A stretch of 64,000 nucleotides of DNA from a virus (IMGVR_UViG_3300026256_000121:1-64000); one strand, 5' to 3'. Positions 1-10,804 are shown, numbered from the stretch's first letter. Notes: generated by a model not told the origin, from the sequence alone. Program-made: numbers and translations.

Positions 1-528
1 TTAATGGATTGTGAGCATTGGGATAAGTGCGTTGCTATTGTAGAGAAGATGAAAACTAGTAAACAACCTTGGATTATCGAAGCTAAAAGCATTGTTCAAT
101 TCCCAGGTAAAGATATTAACTCTTATACTCAAGAACAAATAGACTATGTTGCAAATACTATTAAAAGAGTTCCAGACCCAAAGTACATATTAAAACATAT
201 TGATGATTTTAATGTATTTCAAAGTGTTGCTTTATTTAATGATGGTACTGCAACAACTATGAAGTCTGAAGATTATATTCATAACAAATGGAATTATTTT
301 AATGATTGGACTTGTCATGTACCTATAGAAAATTTAGTTATAGTATATGATGGTACTGTTACAGGATCATGTAATGCAAATATTTTTAAAGATGCAAAAA
401 TTAACATTTTTTCAGAAACATTTAAAGAAGAATTTGAAGAAAAATCATTTGATTTAAAACCAATTAAATGTCCATTTAAGGTTTGTAATTGTTTACCTGA
501 TACTCATATTACGAAGTATATTTCGTAA
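1..528 (+). CDS. Radical SAM/SPASM-twitch protein, C-terminal part (truncated at the window edge)
   Basis: Frame open at base 1; C-terminal WTC..ENLVIVYDGTVTGSC..CPFKVCNCLPD resembles the twitch region of the neighbouring rSAM proteins. Confidence 0.7.
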   Translation, partial: LMDCEHWDKCVAIVEKMKTSKQPWIIEAKSIVQFPGKDINSYTQEQIDYVANTIKRVPDPKYILKHIDDFNVFQSVALFNDGTATTMKSEDYIHNKWNYFNDWTCHVPIENLVIVYDGTVTGSCNANIFKDAKINIFSETFKEEFEEKSFDLKPIKCPFKVCNCLPDTHITKYIS

Positions 529-1405
529 TATTAATATCTGCGGCGCAAGTACACCATTCCCTAGTACACGTAATAGATTCAGTAGGTTTTTTAAAACTAC
601 CTTTATAAATGTTACCCAAACTACCGCCTACTCTACAAGTAGCACGGTGTACATCACCATCCCAATTTATCATTAAACTTTCCAGACCTGCCTGGCAAGT
701 CCAGCCTTTAAATCCGTTTGTTTTATTGATAAGCAAGTCGTTTACATTACATTCAATAGTGTTATCAATCAATGTATTAGTTGGAGGATTGTGATTTTCG
801 GTCTTTAAAAAGTCCAATTCTTCCTTAGAATAGCGTTCCAAATCTTCAAAAATATCATGTGTTTCAGTCCAGCGTATAGGACGTAAAGCATAGGGTATTC
901 CTGCATTAGAAAGGCGTCTACAAGCGTCTATAACGTCGTTTAAGCGTTGGTTAATCATCATGACATGTACAAGTACCATCTTGTTTTTAGATGTATTATG
1001 TACGCTTATAATGGTCTCTAAAACACGCTCCCAATCGTACTCAAAATGCAAACTAAACACTATATGATCTAGATATTTTTGGAGCATATCAACATAAAAG
1101 TTTTTGGTTCTTGTACCATTTGTAGTTACATTAATCCAGCTAACTTTAGGACGAGCATAGTTTAATAAAGTAGTAATATCAGGATGAACAAATGGTTCTC
1201 CTCCTGTAAAACTAATTCTTACATTTTTGAGTTTAGATAATTCGTCTACAGTATTTTTAAGAATTTGAATATCAGTATGTTCGCTAACCATGTCATGAAT
1301 TTCTGCTGGGCAATACGAACAGTCATAATTGCATCGTTTGCCTAGGTTCCATTCAACCTTAATACTTTCTGCATAATGGGGATATTTGTTTTCTACCTTA
1401 AACAT
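509..1405 (-). CDS. Radical SAM protein with SPASM/twitch domain
   Basis: CNYDCSYC (CX3CX2C), FTGGEP, TTNG, C-terminal WTC..C..CTREWCTC. Confidence 0.9.
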   Translation of the reverse strand: MFKVENKYPHYAESIKVEWNLGKRCNYDCSYCPAEIHDMVSEHTDIQILKNTVDELSKLKNVRISFTGGEPFVHPDITTLLNYARPKVSWINVTTNGTRTKNFYVDMLQKYLDHIVFSLHFEYDWERVLETIISVHNTSKNKMVLVHVMMINQRLNDVIDACRRLSNAGIPYALRPIRWTETHDIFEDLERYSKEELDFLKTENHNPPTNTLIDNTIECNVNDLLINKTNGFKGWTCQAGLESLMINWDGDVHRATCRVGGSLGNIYKGSFKKPTESITCTREWCTCAADINITKYTS

Positions 1406-2220
1406 TGTATAGTTCCAATTTTATTATACACTGAAAGAGTTTCTATAATATCTTTATATGATTTATGATTTAATCCACTTTTAATAAGATTAATTTTAGC
1501 AACAGGAATCATCCCAAAGCTATTCTTTTTAAACGTATAACCTTTTTTGTTAAGCCATAGTTTGATTTGAAGCTTTCTTAAAGTATGCATAACCCAATTA
1601 ACACTTCTACCAAATTTTATCATAAAATCAGAACTATAATGTGTTTGTGGTACATCTGTAGTATATTGATCTTTGTCTTTAAAAATGTCTAACATATTTT
1701 TACCTACATGACAATAGTTAATATATACACAACCAAATTGCCATTTAAATGTAAAATCGTCATAGTTTGCTAACTCTAATTTTTGTCTAGGCCTATCTTT
1801 AAATGTTACAACAATGGTAGCCGCATTGCCTCTTTTTTGTGATTCATATTCGTGAATTAAGATATTAAATTGTTCAACAGCTACTTTTATTTCTTTAGGT
1901 GCATTGTTAAACCATTGTGTACCTTCAGTAATATCACCTCGTAAGTCTTCAAAGTACGTATGCAATAAATTTAAATCAGTGCAGTTAGTTACAAATATAT
2001 CTATTACTCTATCATATCTATTGATAATTTCAATTTGTTTATTAATTAATTTAATATAATATCTTTTATCCTGCCCTGGCCAATCAGTAAATCTTGTATT
2101 CTCATAAAGTTCGTTATGATTATATAATTCCTTATACCACTTTTTAGCAATATTAGTATCATATGTATCGAAGTATACCCATTTACTATCTTTATTATTT
2201 TTAAATAGTATTCTAAACAT
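1393..2220 (-). CDS. Hypothetical protein in the rSAM operon
   Basis: 275-aa ORF overlapping both neighbours; no motif recognised. Confidence 0.6.
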   Translation of the reverse strand: MFRILFKNNKDSKWVYFDTYDTNIAKKWYKELYNHNELYENTRFTDWPGQDKRYYIKLINKQIEIINRYDRVIDIFVTNCTDLNLLHTYFEDLRGDITEGTQWFNNAPKEIKVAVEQFNILIHEYESQKRGNAATIVVTFKDRPRQKLELANYDDFTFKWQFGCVYINYCHVGKNMLDIFKDKDQYTTDVPQTHYSSDFMIKFGRSVNWVMHTLRKLQIKLWLNKKGYTFKKNSFGMIPVAKINLIKSGLNHKSYKDIIETLSVYNKIGTIQCLR

Positions 2221-3487
2221 AATTAGCGAACTCAGGATTGATTACATCAAATGGTCCTTGATTTCTTCTAGAGTCTAATGTTTTATTAAATGCAATACAG
2301 TCTTGCCAATATTCTGATAAATCTTTTGCTTCTAAAAAGTTTATATTGTCAGTAATTTGTTGTTGTGTAATCTTTTTCAATATAGGATGTTTTTTTACTA
2401 ACTTATAGCTATCTATCTTAGTATACATATCATTTAGTTGTCTAATTACATCATCTTTTAAAGGTTTAGGTAAAACTTGAGCACTTAATACTCTAGGGTA
2501 TTGTACTCTATGGCTATAAAACACTATCTCCAGATCATTTAAAAAGTATTCAATAACCTTTGGTAGTTGTAATATATTATTAGCTTGAACAGTAAATGCA
2601 CCAACAACTCTACTTACATTTGGAAATTGTTTAATTGCGTTAACGTTCTCGACAACTTCTTTAAAGTTACCGCCACTACGAATGTATTCATATATTTTCC
2701 ATAACCCGTCAATACTAACATTAACAGCTACACTTTTAAATTTAGGCCAATAGTCATAGATAGTGCGACCCCCTTTAATTCCTAATACAGTTCCGTTTGT
2801 AGCATACTTAATTTCAATATTATCGCCATACGGGGCTAACATATCTAAAATTTTATAATGCATTGGGTCCATTAACGGTTCACCACCAGCAAATTCTACT
2901 CGTCTAAAGTGCGGTAATAGTTTTTCAAAACTTTCCCACCAATTAGGACTATTATCAAACAAGCCTACATAAGGTGCTTTAGTTAATCCTAAGTTTTCTA
3001 CAGCCTTGACAAGGTAGTTGTTTTCAGCTTTATAATGATGTACAATAGAGTTCCAATCTTTCCATTGTGTACTATCTAACGGATTGCACATACGACATTT
3101 TAAATTACACAAATTATTAATTTTAATTTCCATTGTAGGTAATTCAAATGGCATTGTGTAATCGTCATTTAGTGTTTCTAATGCGTCTGGATATAAATTA
3201 ATTCTAGACTCTGGAATAACATCACTAATATGTCGTTGGCGTAAACTTTCTACACCCTGGTCTTCTAAATCAAAGCAAGGTTTACATACTTCAGGACGTT
3301 CGTTGTTTAATACTTGTTTACGAACTTTACGCATTGTATCATTGTTCCATGCTTCTTCTAAAGTTTCGTTTTGTATCCAACCAATAGGTTGACTACGACA
3401 GCAAATTTTAATTGCGCCGTCTTCTCGTGTTGCCAACCCCGTAAAAGGGTGCATACAATATGTACATGATTTTTTAGTTGAGGTCAT
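2213..3487 (-). CDS. Radical SAM protein with N-terminal twitch/SPASM-like domain
   Basis: N-terminal CMHP..ICC..CKPC; CNLKCRMC; FAGGEP; ATNG; VSIDG. Confidence 0.9.
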   Translation of the reverse strand: MTSTKKSCTYCMHPFTGLATREDGAIKICCRSQPIGWIQNETLEEAWNNDTMRKVRKQVLNNERPEVCKPCFDLEDQGVESLRQRHISDVIPESRINLYPDALETLNDDYTMPFELPTMEIKINNLCNLKCRMCNPLDSTQWKDWNSIVHHYKAENNYLVKAVENLGLTKAPYVGLFDNSPNWWESFEKLLPHFRRVEFAGGEPLMDPMHYKILDMLAPYGDNIEIKYATNGTVLGIKGGRTIYDYWPKFKSVAVNVSIDGLWKIYEYIRSGGNFKEVVENVNAIKQFPNVSRVVGAFTVQANNILQLPKVIEYFLNDLEIVFYSHRVQYPRVLSAQVLPKPLKDDVIRQLNDMYTKIDSYKLVKKHPILKKITQQQITDNINFLEAKDLSEYWQDCIAFNKTLDSRRNQGPFDVINPEFANYV

Positions 3488-4250
3488 TTTGTTTTATAGC
3501 CCAGTTGCGTTCTTTACACCAAAAACATTTTCCGCATTCTGGAACAGCTTGTCCTGGAACGTAAGTTTTATAATCTAGGTCACCAAAGACTTCAGGATAA
3601 TGTGTTTTATCACCTTCGCAACTACGAGTAAGTATTAATAGTCCTCTAATATTATGATCGTAATATTGTTTAATAATCCAGTCTTTACGTGTATAGATAA
3701 AAGGATGACAAACTGTTACACCCATGTGTTCTCTAACTAAAGGTGTTAAGTCTTCGGAAGGGTCAATATCTCTATCGTCTAGCTTACCTTTAAAGTCTTC
3801 AATAGGATTTTTGTTTACGCCGGCAAACCAAGCATCTAATCCGTATCTAAATGCAATATATTCTGCATGAGAACGTAGAATAATTTGATTACCACTTTTT
3901 AGTTTACCATATTCATCTATAATAGTAGGCCCTTTATCTCCCCATTCTAAATCAGGCGGAATAAAGTTTTGATGCATAGTAAATCTATGATCTGGAAATC
4001 TTACTTCTAACCAGTTATATACAGCTAATGCATTATATTTTTGCCAAGGTCTTGTTTTCCACATTCTAATATTAGTTAAAATATGTATATTAGTTGTATG
4101 GGGAACATTTGAACAAATTAAATAAGCCAATAATGCACTATCGGCTCCGCCACTTAAACTAATGCCAATATTTCTCCAGTTAGTTAATACAGGAAATTCT
4201 ACGTCATCATACTTAACAATATTTTCTGCATATTTTGTATCTTTTAGCAT
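3474..4250 (-). CDS. QueC-like PP-loop ATP pyrophosphatase (start revised to ATG 4250)
   Basis: SLSGGADS PP-loop; TRSCE..CGKCFWC Zn-site-like motif; ATG lies 5 nt after the late motif. Confidence 0.75.
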   Translation of the reverse strand: MLKDTKYAENIVKYDDVEFPVLTNWRNIGISLSGGADSALLAYLICSNVPHTTNIHILTNIRMWKTRPWQKYNALAVYNWLEVRFPDHRFTMHQNFIPPDLEWGDKGPTIIDEYGKLKSGNQIILRSHAEYIAFRYGLDAWFAGVNKNPIEDFKGKLDDRDIDPSEDLTPLVREHMGVTVCHPFIYTRKDWIIKQYYDHNIRGLLILTRSCEGDKTHYPEVFGDLDYKTYVPGQAVPECGKCFWCKERNWAIKQNDLN

Positions 4251-4255
4251 AACAG

Positions 4256-4299
4256 TATTTACCGCATTTAACTGGCCAGTTAACAATTTACGGTAAGTA
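4256..4299. promoter_or_regulatory. Back-to-back late-type promoters flanking a 16-bp palindrome
   Basis: GGTAAATA (-, 4256-4263), GGTAAGTA (+, 4292-4299), TTAACTGGCCAGTTAA at 4268-4283. Confidence 0.65.
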
Positions 4300-4304
4300 T
4301 ATAT

Positions 4305-4979
4305 ATGCTTTTGAAAAACACATTTATCTATGCTGATGCACAGGAAATCCTTGATATATTACCGCAATTAGAAGAAGGAAAAAACGAATTATCCAAACCA
4401 ACTGGAAATTTTTTTTATGATCCTTGGGAATTGTTACCGCAATATAAAGGTACAGCGTTAGAAGTTTTGTATAACAAGTTGCCCGAAGCAGGCCAGGCAA
4501 GAGTTATGTTAATAAAAGAAGGTACGTGTTATTCTGAACATGCCGACATTGATGATCGATACCATTTAACATTAGATGCAGAAAGTAGTTATTTAATCGA
4601 TATGGACAATCGCATTATGAACGCAACTACAGTTGACGATACAATTTTTTTAATGGATGGTAGTATTATCCATTCAGCCGTTAATTTTGGTCATCTACCT
4701 AGAGCAGAACTAGTAGTAAGGAAACTACTAACGCACAATAAACTAAAAGATCCAGCTAGGATTAATTTAACAGTTCGATACGACGTATTTGATTTACGTT
4801 ACCGTTTTGATATGGTGTTTAGCCCGTGGCTGAATCGTGCAAACAAAAAAGGGATAATTGATAACTTTGAGCCGATTAGTGAAACAGAACTAAATCTGGA
4901 TCTAGAAAAAAAATATATTGATGAGTTTAAAACATTAATAGAGGTGTCGGAGTTAGACATGGAGTTAAAAATTGACTGA
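4305..4979 (+). CDS. AspH-like/2OG-Fe(II) oxygenase-fold protein
   Basis: HAD..RYH..HSAVN..R cupin facial-triad pattern. Confidence 0.65.
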   Translation: MLLKNTFIYADAQEILDILPQLEEGKNELSKPTGNFFYDPWELLPQYKGTALEVLYNKLPEAGQARVMLIKEGTCYSEHADIDDRYHLTLDAESSYLIDMDNRIMNATTVDDTIFLMDGSIIHSAVNFGHLPRAELVVRKLLTHNKLKDPARINLTVRYDVFDLRYRFDMVFSPWLNRANKKGIIDNFEPISETELNLDLEKKYIDEFKTLIEVSELDMELKID

Positions 4980-5550
4980 AACTAAATGGAAAGAATTCCG
5001 TAAAATTATTGACGGTAAATTAGAAAGAGGTAGTTTAGCATACGAAGCCTATCAAAGTGAAAATCAATACTTAATGCATTTCTCTAATGAGCTTATATTC
5101 CAGAAAGAAATAGAGCATATTGAGAGATTATCTGAAAAAGATTATGCACCAGATATAGATAAAATAGATATTGAAAACATGAAGATCTATCTTCCACACC
5201 ATGCCTGGTACAATAACTTAAACCATTTAATTCATGAAGGTAGAGCACCTGATAATTGGAGAGAACAAGTTAGTAGAATTATTGAAGACTTAGAACGTGG
5301 AAATATTTATAAATTAAATTTGTTTACACATTGTTTTTATTTAGAAGAAGGAAAAATGCATCTAATGGATCTTTATGGATGTGTATTCCCAGATCAAATT
5401 GTTATGTTTGATCATATTAATCCTATTTTATCAAAACGATCAAGAGACCTTTTTTTACAATTCAAAGAATTAAATGGTATAGTTGATATGAAGGAAGCAT
5501 ATAGATACAGCAAAATTAATAATGTGTGGGGATTAAATGAAGATAGTTAA
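4972..5550 (+). CDS. Atypical protein-kinase-fold protein
   Basis: FQKEI..L..P.I, IYKLNL..HCFY..LMDLYG resemble kinase subdomains; TTG start with GGAG SD. Confidence 0.4.
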   Translation: MTETKWKEFRKIIDGKLERGSLAYEAYQSENQYLMHFSNELIFQKEIEHIERLSEKDYAPDIDKIDIENMKIYLPHHAWYNNLNHLIHEGRAPDNWREQVSRIIEDLERGNIYKLNLFTHCFYLEEGKMHLMDLYGCVFPDQIVMFDHINPILSKRSRDLFLQFKELNGIVDMKEAYRYSKINNVWGLNEDS

Positions 5551-6058
5551 TAAATGTACCCTTATTAATTGGAATCCGGTCTTAGAAGAAATTAGAGACA
5601 AGCCAGGTCTTAATGCTCCTCTTAGATTACCGATAGATGAACCAGAAGTACAAAAGATGATAGAAGATTTAAAAGACTATCCAGCAGAATCAATTGAATG
5701 GTTTAATTATTATCCCGGAGTAGATTTTAATGTTCGTGTAGTAAAGGAATTTAGTGATCTTGTAAACAAAGAATGCGTTCGTGCGTGGATTAGCAAAGTT
5801 AATCCAGGAAAAACAGCACCGTGGCATTGGGATTATGATGATAATGAAGAAGCATATTTAAAGAAGGGCGAGTTAGTTAGATATCATGCAAGTATAAGTA
5901 AACCTTCTCCAGGCCATGTGTTTATGTTAGGTGATGAATGTTTTTATAACGAAGCTCAAGGAACAATCCATGAATGGCCTAATTATAAGTTATACCATGC
6001 TGGAGCAAACTGTGGGAGCGAACCAAAGTTCCAATTTAACTTTCTAGGATATAGATAA
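5537..6058 (+). CDS. AspH-like 2OG-Fe(II) hydroxylase
   Basis: PG..APWHWD..RY..YHAGANCG. Confidence 0.7.
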   Translation: MKIVNKCTLINWNPVLEEIRDKPGLNAPLRLPIDEPEVQKMIEDLKDYPAESIEWFNYYPGVDFNVRVVKEFSDLVNKECVRAWISKVNPGKTAPWHWDYDDNEEAYLKKGELVRYHASISKPSPGHVFMLGDECFYNEAQGTIHEWPNYKLYHAGANCGSEPKFQFNFLGYR

Positions 6059-6966
6059 TGAATCTTATACAAGTTCCTGACACATATACAGAAGAACATA
6101 TCAACGCTGATAGGCTAGGAGGAATGGTCCCTTTATTTGATAAAAGAATAGAGGAATTAATACATAATTTAAAAACTAAGAATATTGAATTTTTAGATCA
6201 TACATTAATGACGTTAAAGGAAAACGTTGGTGAAGATTTATTTGAAAGATTTAAACATAATTTTACTAATCATATAACAGCATCTATGTATAACCATTTA
6301 ACTGGGTTTGATGCATTTGAAGAAGTAAATATTATTGCAGGCTGTACACAATTTTTTGATGACCTATATGTTATGAATAAAGAAATACAGGTTTTAAAAA
6401 ATGAATACAAATATCATGAATTAATAAATCCTAATTTACAATATAAAACAATTGAATCATTAAGAGCCAACGTTCCGTTAGTTATTAGTTTACCTTTTAG
6501 TTTTCACGGTCAAGAACATCCAGAGATGAATAAAATTTTAGAAGTATGTTTGCAAAGACATATACCGTTGCATATTGATTCAGCATGGATTCCTGCTAGT
6601 AAAGATATCTGTTTTAATTATGATCATCCTGCTATACATTCTTTTGCTATAAGCATGAGTAAAGGATATGGTACTGCTGGTTGGAATCGTATAGGAATAC
6701 GTTGGAAAAGAAAACGTAATGGTAGTGATACTATTAATATATTAAAAGATTATCATCAAATAACTACATACCCTGTAGCAGTTGGATTGTATTTTTTAGA
6801 TAACTTATTACCAGATCATTTGTGGTCTACACATAAAGATCGTAATGAAAAGATTTGTAAAGACTTTGGTTTAACACAAACTAAAGCAATTCATATGGCC
6901 CGAAAGGGCGAAATTAATTATGGGCTTTCGCCTTTAATTAGATATTTGGAGTATAATCATGATTAG
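6058..6966 (+). CDS. PLP-dependent aminotransferase-fold protein
   Basis: LHIDSAW, SMSKGYG..RIG (fold-type I Asp and Lys motifs). Confidence 0.65.
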   Translation: MNLIQVPDTYTEEHINADRLGGMVPLFDKRIEELIHNLKTKNIEFLDHTLMTLKENVGEDLFERFKHNFTNHITASMYNHLTGFDAFEEVNIIAGCTQFFDDLYVMNKEIQVLKNEYKYHELINPNLQYKTIESLRANVPLVISLPFSFHGQEHPEMNKILEVCLQRHIPLHIDSAWIPASKDICFNYDHPAIHSFAISMSKGYGTAGWNRIGIRWKRKRNGSDTINILKDYHQITTYPVAVGLYFLDNLLPDHLWSTHKDRNEKICKDFGLTQTKAIHMARKGEINYGLSPLIRYLEYNHD

Positions 6967-7768
6967 AGGAATTGGTGGGCAACCATATATTGCATTAGAT
7001 AATTATTTAGATGTAGACGGGTTTAAAGAATTACACCCAGAAATTTGCAAAGGATTTGCTTTAGCAAGGGACTATGCAAAAGAAGGCACATGGATGAAGC
7101 CTGGGTTTACGTTTGACGACATGAGCTATATTATAGATTGGAAACCTATATACAAAGCATTTGCGGAATATGAAGCATTACCTGATAACGATCCTATTAA
7201 GGTTCAAGGTGCAGAGTTATTTCCAAAAGATTTTAAAGATTATAAACAAAGAAATTTATTTACAAGATATTTAAAATCAGCCTTAGGAGCAAACGATCCT
7301 TACATATATTATTTTCTTTGGGAAGAAGGCGACTGGCACAAACGCAATGCCAAACGTACTCCTACACCAGAACAACAATATTTTCCTGGTGTTGTAAAGT
7401 GGGTTACAGAATTAATTGAAAAAAATGTTATTACACAAATAGGACGAGTTATATTTTTTCATTGTGAACATGGTGGTAAAGCATTTGAACACAGAGACCT
7501 AGATGGCTCTAAAGGTACCGAACAAGGCTTTAGTCCACATAACAATGAGTTTATTCATATAAGGTATAGAACTAAAAGAGGCTTCTATATATGGGATCCT
7601 GAAGCAAAAAACAAAACATACATTAATGCCAATGCGGCATTTTGGAATGATCAAGATTGGCATGGTGGTGATGTCAGCAACGAACAAGAATATAGCTTAC
7701 GAATTGACTGTGTGTTCACAGACAAGTTCAGAAAGCAGATAGGTATAGCTCACCTAGAGCATTACTAA
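6959..7768 (+). CDS. 2OG-Fe(II)/AspH-like oxygenase
   Basis: GRV..EHRD..WNDQDWHG..SLRID. Confidence 0.6.
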   Translation: MIRGIGGQPYIALDNYLDVDGFKELHPEICKGFALARDYAKEGTWMKPGFTFDDMSYIIDWKPIYKAFAEYEALPDNDPIKVQGAELFPKDFKDYKQRNLFTRYLKSALGANDPYIYYFLWEEGDWHKRNAKRTPTPEQQYFPGVVKWVTELIEKNVITQIGRVIFFHCEHGGKAFEHRDLDGSKGTEQGFSPHNNEFIHIRYRTKRGFYIWDPEAKNKTYINANAAFWNDQDWHGGDVSNEQEYSLRIDCVFTDKFRKQIGIAHLEHY

Positions 7769-7769
7769 T

Positions 7770-8342
7770 ATGGCTTTTAAGTTAATACCATACTCGGATA
7801 CATTAGACCTTACTGAATTTTACGCAACCGCACAACAAAAAGGATTTGTTAATAACAATTCTAAAAAGATGTTAGTTGATTCTTTAGCTAAAGAAGATAG
7901 GTTTCAAGTTTGGATGTTAATGTGGAAAGAAAAAGTTATAGGTTGTACAGCGGCACATTCGTTCCCTGAAATGGGACCTGATAGTTATCGTATTGCTTGT
8001 CGTATATGTACATTTACAGATCAATTGCCTAAAGAATATAAAGGATTACGTGGTACTGATACAATAAGAAATCATCAAACTACTACACAACAATTTTTTC
8101 AACCTGCAGGTATTAAATGGGCAGGTCCTAATAAGAATTACTATGTAACAACAAATGAAAATGCAGAAGGTACCCAACGATTAGTACATAAAATTGTTGC
8201 TCCTACGTTAGAAGAAACAGGAGTATATACAAAGGCAAGAGTATTAGAGTACAGAGGTACACGCCAAACTGTATGGCGGGTTAATGCTGATATATATTTT
8301 AAACAATTACAGACTGCAAAAAAATGGCCAACTTATGAGTAA
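7770..8342 (+). CDS. GNAT-like acyltransferase-fold protein
   Basis: VIGC.AAH..YRIACR..YVTTN topology pattern. Confidence 0.4.
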   Translation: MAFKLIPYSDTLDLTEFYATAQQKGFVNNNSKKMLVDSLAKEDRFQVWMLMWKEKVIGCTAAHSFPEMGPDSYRIACRICTFTDQLPKEYKGLRGTDTIRNHQTTTQQFFQPAGIKWAGPNKNYYVTTNENAEGTQRLVHKIVAPTLEETGVYTKARVLEYRGTRQTVWRVNADIYFKQLQTAKKWPTYE

Positions 8343-9042
8343 ATATAATTATTATTATAATAACGTCCCTGGAAAAGGATTATGTAGAAATAATTTAGTC
8401 TATACAAGCCTTATGAATGAGGATCAAACTGAGTTTATACAATGGTATTATAATGATACTGAATATCATAAAGGACATAATCAAGTAGTTGATCCTGTAT
8501 TAATGAATCAAAAATGGGAACGAGAACTTGTATTTTTACAGTTTATGGAAGTAGAAGCACCTAACTTAATTCCCAAAATTATTACTATTAATAATGAAGA
8601 ACGTAAAATTAAATTAGCAGTTGACGGCCCAGATTTTTGGGAACAATCAAGCTGTTCAGTAAATGGGTTTGATGAAACCTGTCCGGATTGGCAAGATCAA
8701 ATGTTAGATATTATTGCTAAACACGCCGAGCTTGGTCTTTATAAATTTAGTTTACACCCTAGTAGTTATTTTGTCGTAAATGGTATATTAAAAAGTATAA
8801 ATTATTTCTTTTGTTATTCAGAAGAAGAACCACAGATTGCTGTTAAAGATGTGTTAAGTCATATTAGCGAAGATAGGAAGCAAAAATTATTTCCTGCAAT
8901 GGCTAATTTGGGCATTAGCTTTGAACAGCCAGAGGAGTTTTTTAATTTGCAAATGTTATGTTTTGAAAGTTTTAGGGAAGATTATCCTAGAGAGTTTATA
9001 GAAGAAGCAAAGGAAATCTATGTGCGAGATAGCAGATTATGA
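8335..9042 (+). CDS. Atypical kinase-fold protein (start revised to 8335)
   Basis: WERELVFL..IPKII..LGLYKFSLHPSSYF..LKSINYF; similar layout to 4972..5550. Confidence 0.4.
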   Translation: MSKYNYYYNNVPGKGLCRNNLVYTSLMNEDQTEFIQWYYNDTEYHKGHNQVVDPVLMNQKWERELVFLQFMEVEAPNLIPKIITINNEERKIKLAVDGPDFWEQSSCSVNGFDETCPDWQDQMLDIIAKHAELGLYKFSLHPSSYFVVNGILKSINYFFCYSEEEPQIAVKDVLSHISEDRKQKLFPAMANLGISFEQPEEFFNLQMLCFESFREDYPREFIEEAKEIYVRDSRL

Positions 9043-9782
9043 GTTTTGAAACGAAGTTAAGAGTAATACATATATTAAATCATTTAGCAATTGTTCCCGC
9101 AATATATTATGGTGAATGGTGGATGTTTCTTGCGGCTCTAGGTTGGTGGAGCGTAATTGGTTGCGTTGGGATATCTGCAGGATTTCATAGATACTTGTCG
9201 CACAAGGCTTATAAAACACATCCTTGGTTTGAAAAGATAAGTTTATTTCTAGGATCTTTAGCGATGGGTGGATCACCATTAGCATGGGCAGGAGCTCATA
9301 GAATGCATCATGCATATACAGATAAAGAATTAGATCCTCACTCCCCAATACAAAAAGATTGGTGGAAAATATATATTCATTATTGGGGACGTATACAAGT
9401 AGATAAACGTTTTATTGCTGACTTACTAAAAAATAAAACAGTTATGTGGATTCATAGGCATTACTTTAGTATTATAACTTTCTGGGCATTAGGGTTAACA
9501 TTAATAGATCCTTTATTGCTTATCTTTGGATTTTGTATTCCTGCTGTATATGCCTTTCATGCATATGGTCAAATAAATGCTTGGTGTCATATGTTTGGAT
9601 ATCGTACATATAATACAAAAGATCATAGTTATAATAATTTTTTAGCAAATCTTATAACATGGGGTGAAGGGTGGCATAACAATCATCACAATAAACCAAC
9701 TAAATGGCAATTTGGCGAACGCTGGTGGGAGTTTGACCCAGCCGCAACTTTGATTAAGTTAGTAAAAAAGGATAAACTATGA
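9039..9782 (+). CDS. Delta-9-type membrane fatty acid desaturase
   Basis: His boxes HRYLSH, HRMHH, GEGWHNNHH; DPHSP; TM segments. Confidence 0.92.
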   Translation: MSFETKLRVIHILNHLAIVPAIYYGEWWMFLAALGWWSVIGCVGISAGFHRYLSHKAYKTHPWFEKISLFLGSLAMGGSPLAWAGAHRMHHAYTDKELDPHSPIQKDWWKIYIHYWGRIQVDKRFIADLLKNKTVMWIHRHYFSIITFWALGLTLIDPLLLIFGFCIPAVYAFHAYGQINAWCHMFGYRTYNTKDHSYNNFLANLITWGEGWHNNHHNKPTKWQFGERWWEFDPAATLIKLVKKDKL

Positions 9783-10435
9783 CTTTAGCACCACTAACTG
9801 GGTCCTTCTTTATAATTCTAAGGGAAGGGTTCGAGGCGATGCTAATCGCTATGTTAATCTTTACCTATTTAAAGAAGTTCCACGCACAAGGTAAAGAGAA
9901 ATACGTATGGTACGGCATCATAAGTGGTATCGCACTATCAATAGTCATTGCAATGGGATTCAAATACATTGCTGGACTAACACACGAACACGAAGAATGG
10001 TTTGAAGGAGTCACAATGCTCACCGCGGCGGGTGTATTGGCATATCTGTCAATATGGTGCCACGGGGCCAAGAATCACTTTCAAGAGGATATACAGTCGA
10101 AACTCAAACCATTAGACAAAGAAATAACGCTTGGAGCAAGTTTGGCATTGTCTTTTGCCGTTTTTATTGCTATACTACGTGAAGGTTTTGAGATTGTATT
10201 ATTCTATGTGGCACTTATTTCATCTAGTGTAGACTCAGGCTTTGAGATACTTTTAGGTGGTGGACTTGGTGTTGCTGGTTTAATAGGTCTTTTTATTATA
10301 ATGCGAAAGAGTATGGATAAAGTTCCCACAGATACAATATTTCAATGCAGTAAATACCTGTTTATAATTGGGTCAATTTATTTTGCTTATTTAGGAGGCT
10401 CAGAAGTTTACGAACTATTAACTGAAACTCACTAA
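9779..10435 (+). CDS. FTR1/EfeU-family iron permease
   Basis: Two REGFE motifs in a polytopic membrane protein. Confidence 0.88.
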   Translation: MTLAPLTGSFFIILREGFEAMLIAMLIFTYLKKFHAQGKEKYVWYGIISGIALSIVIAMGFKYIAGLTHEHEEWFEGVTMLTAAGVLAYLSIWCHGAKNHFQEDIQSKLKPLDKEITLGASLALSFAVFIAILREGFEIVLFYVALISSSVDSGFEILLGGGLGVAGLIGLFIIMRKSMDKVPTDTIFQCSKYLFIIGSIYFAYLGGSEVYELLTETH

Positions 10436-10444
10436 GGAGAAATT

Positions 10445-10795
10445 ATGCTTGAGGGACATTTCGCACACCCATCAGATGTAGCAGAAGCACAAGAGCAAAA
10501 GAAGAAAGATACCTTAATGATTTATTGTCCATCGTGCCAAGGTCGAGTAGATGTACCAATTGAACACGATGGACAAGACGGAAGACACCATCAAGGGATT
10601 AATTTATTGCCTGCAATTGCAGTAAATATGAAATGGAACAAGATGGATGCCGTTTGTAAAAAGTGTTTATTAGTTTTAGATATCGACCCGATTCTACAAG
10701 ATAGACAAAGGGTCGAATTGAAAGTTAGAATTGATTGTTCAAATATGTCTAGGGGACATATGGATTATTATGATGATGATAAATATAGCTACTAG
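10445..10795 (+). CDS. Zn-ribbon hypothetical protein
   Basis: CPSC..CKKC; AAGGAG SD. Confidence 0.6.
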   Translation: MLEGHFAHPSDVAEAQEQKKKDTLMIYCPSCQGRVDVPIEHDGQDGRHHQGINLLPAIAVNMKWNKMDAVCKKCLLVLDIDPILQDRQRVELKVRIDCSNMSRGHMDYYDDDKYSY

Positions 10796-10804
10796 GGTAA
10801 TTAA

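Noticed and set aside
3474-4250. Calling this gene queC of the deazaguanine pathway
   Set aside because: Motifs are QueC-like, but it lies 17 kb away in the rSAM island under a different promoter class; no symbol given, though a preQ0-synthase role is not excluded
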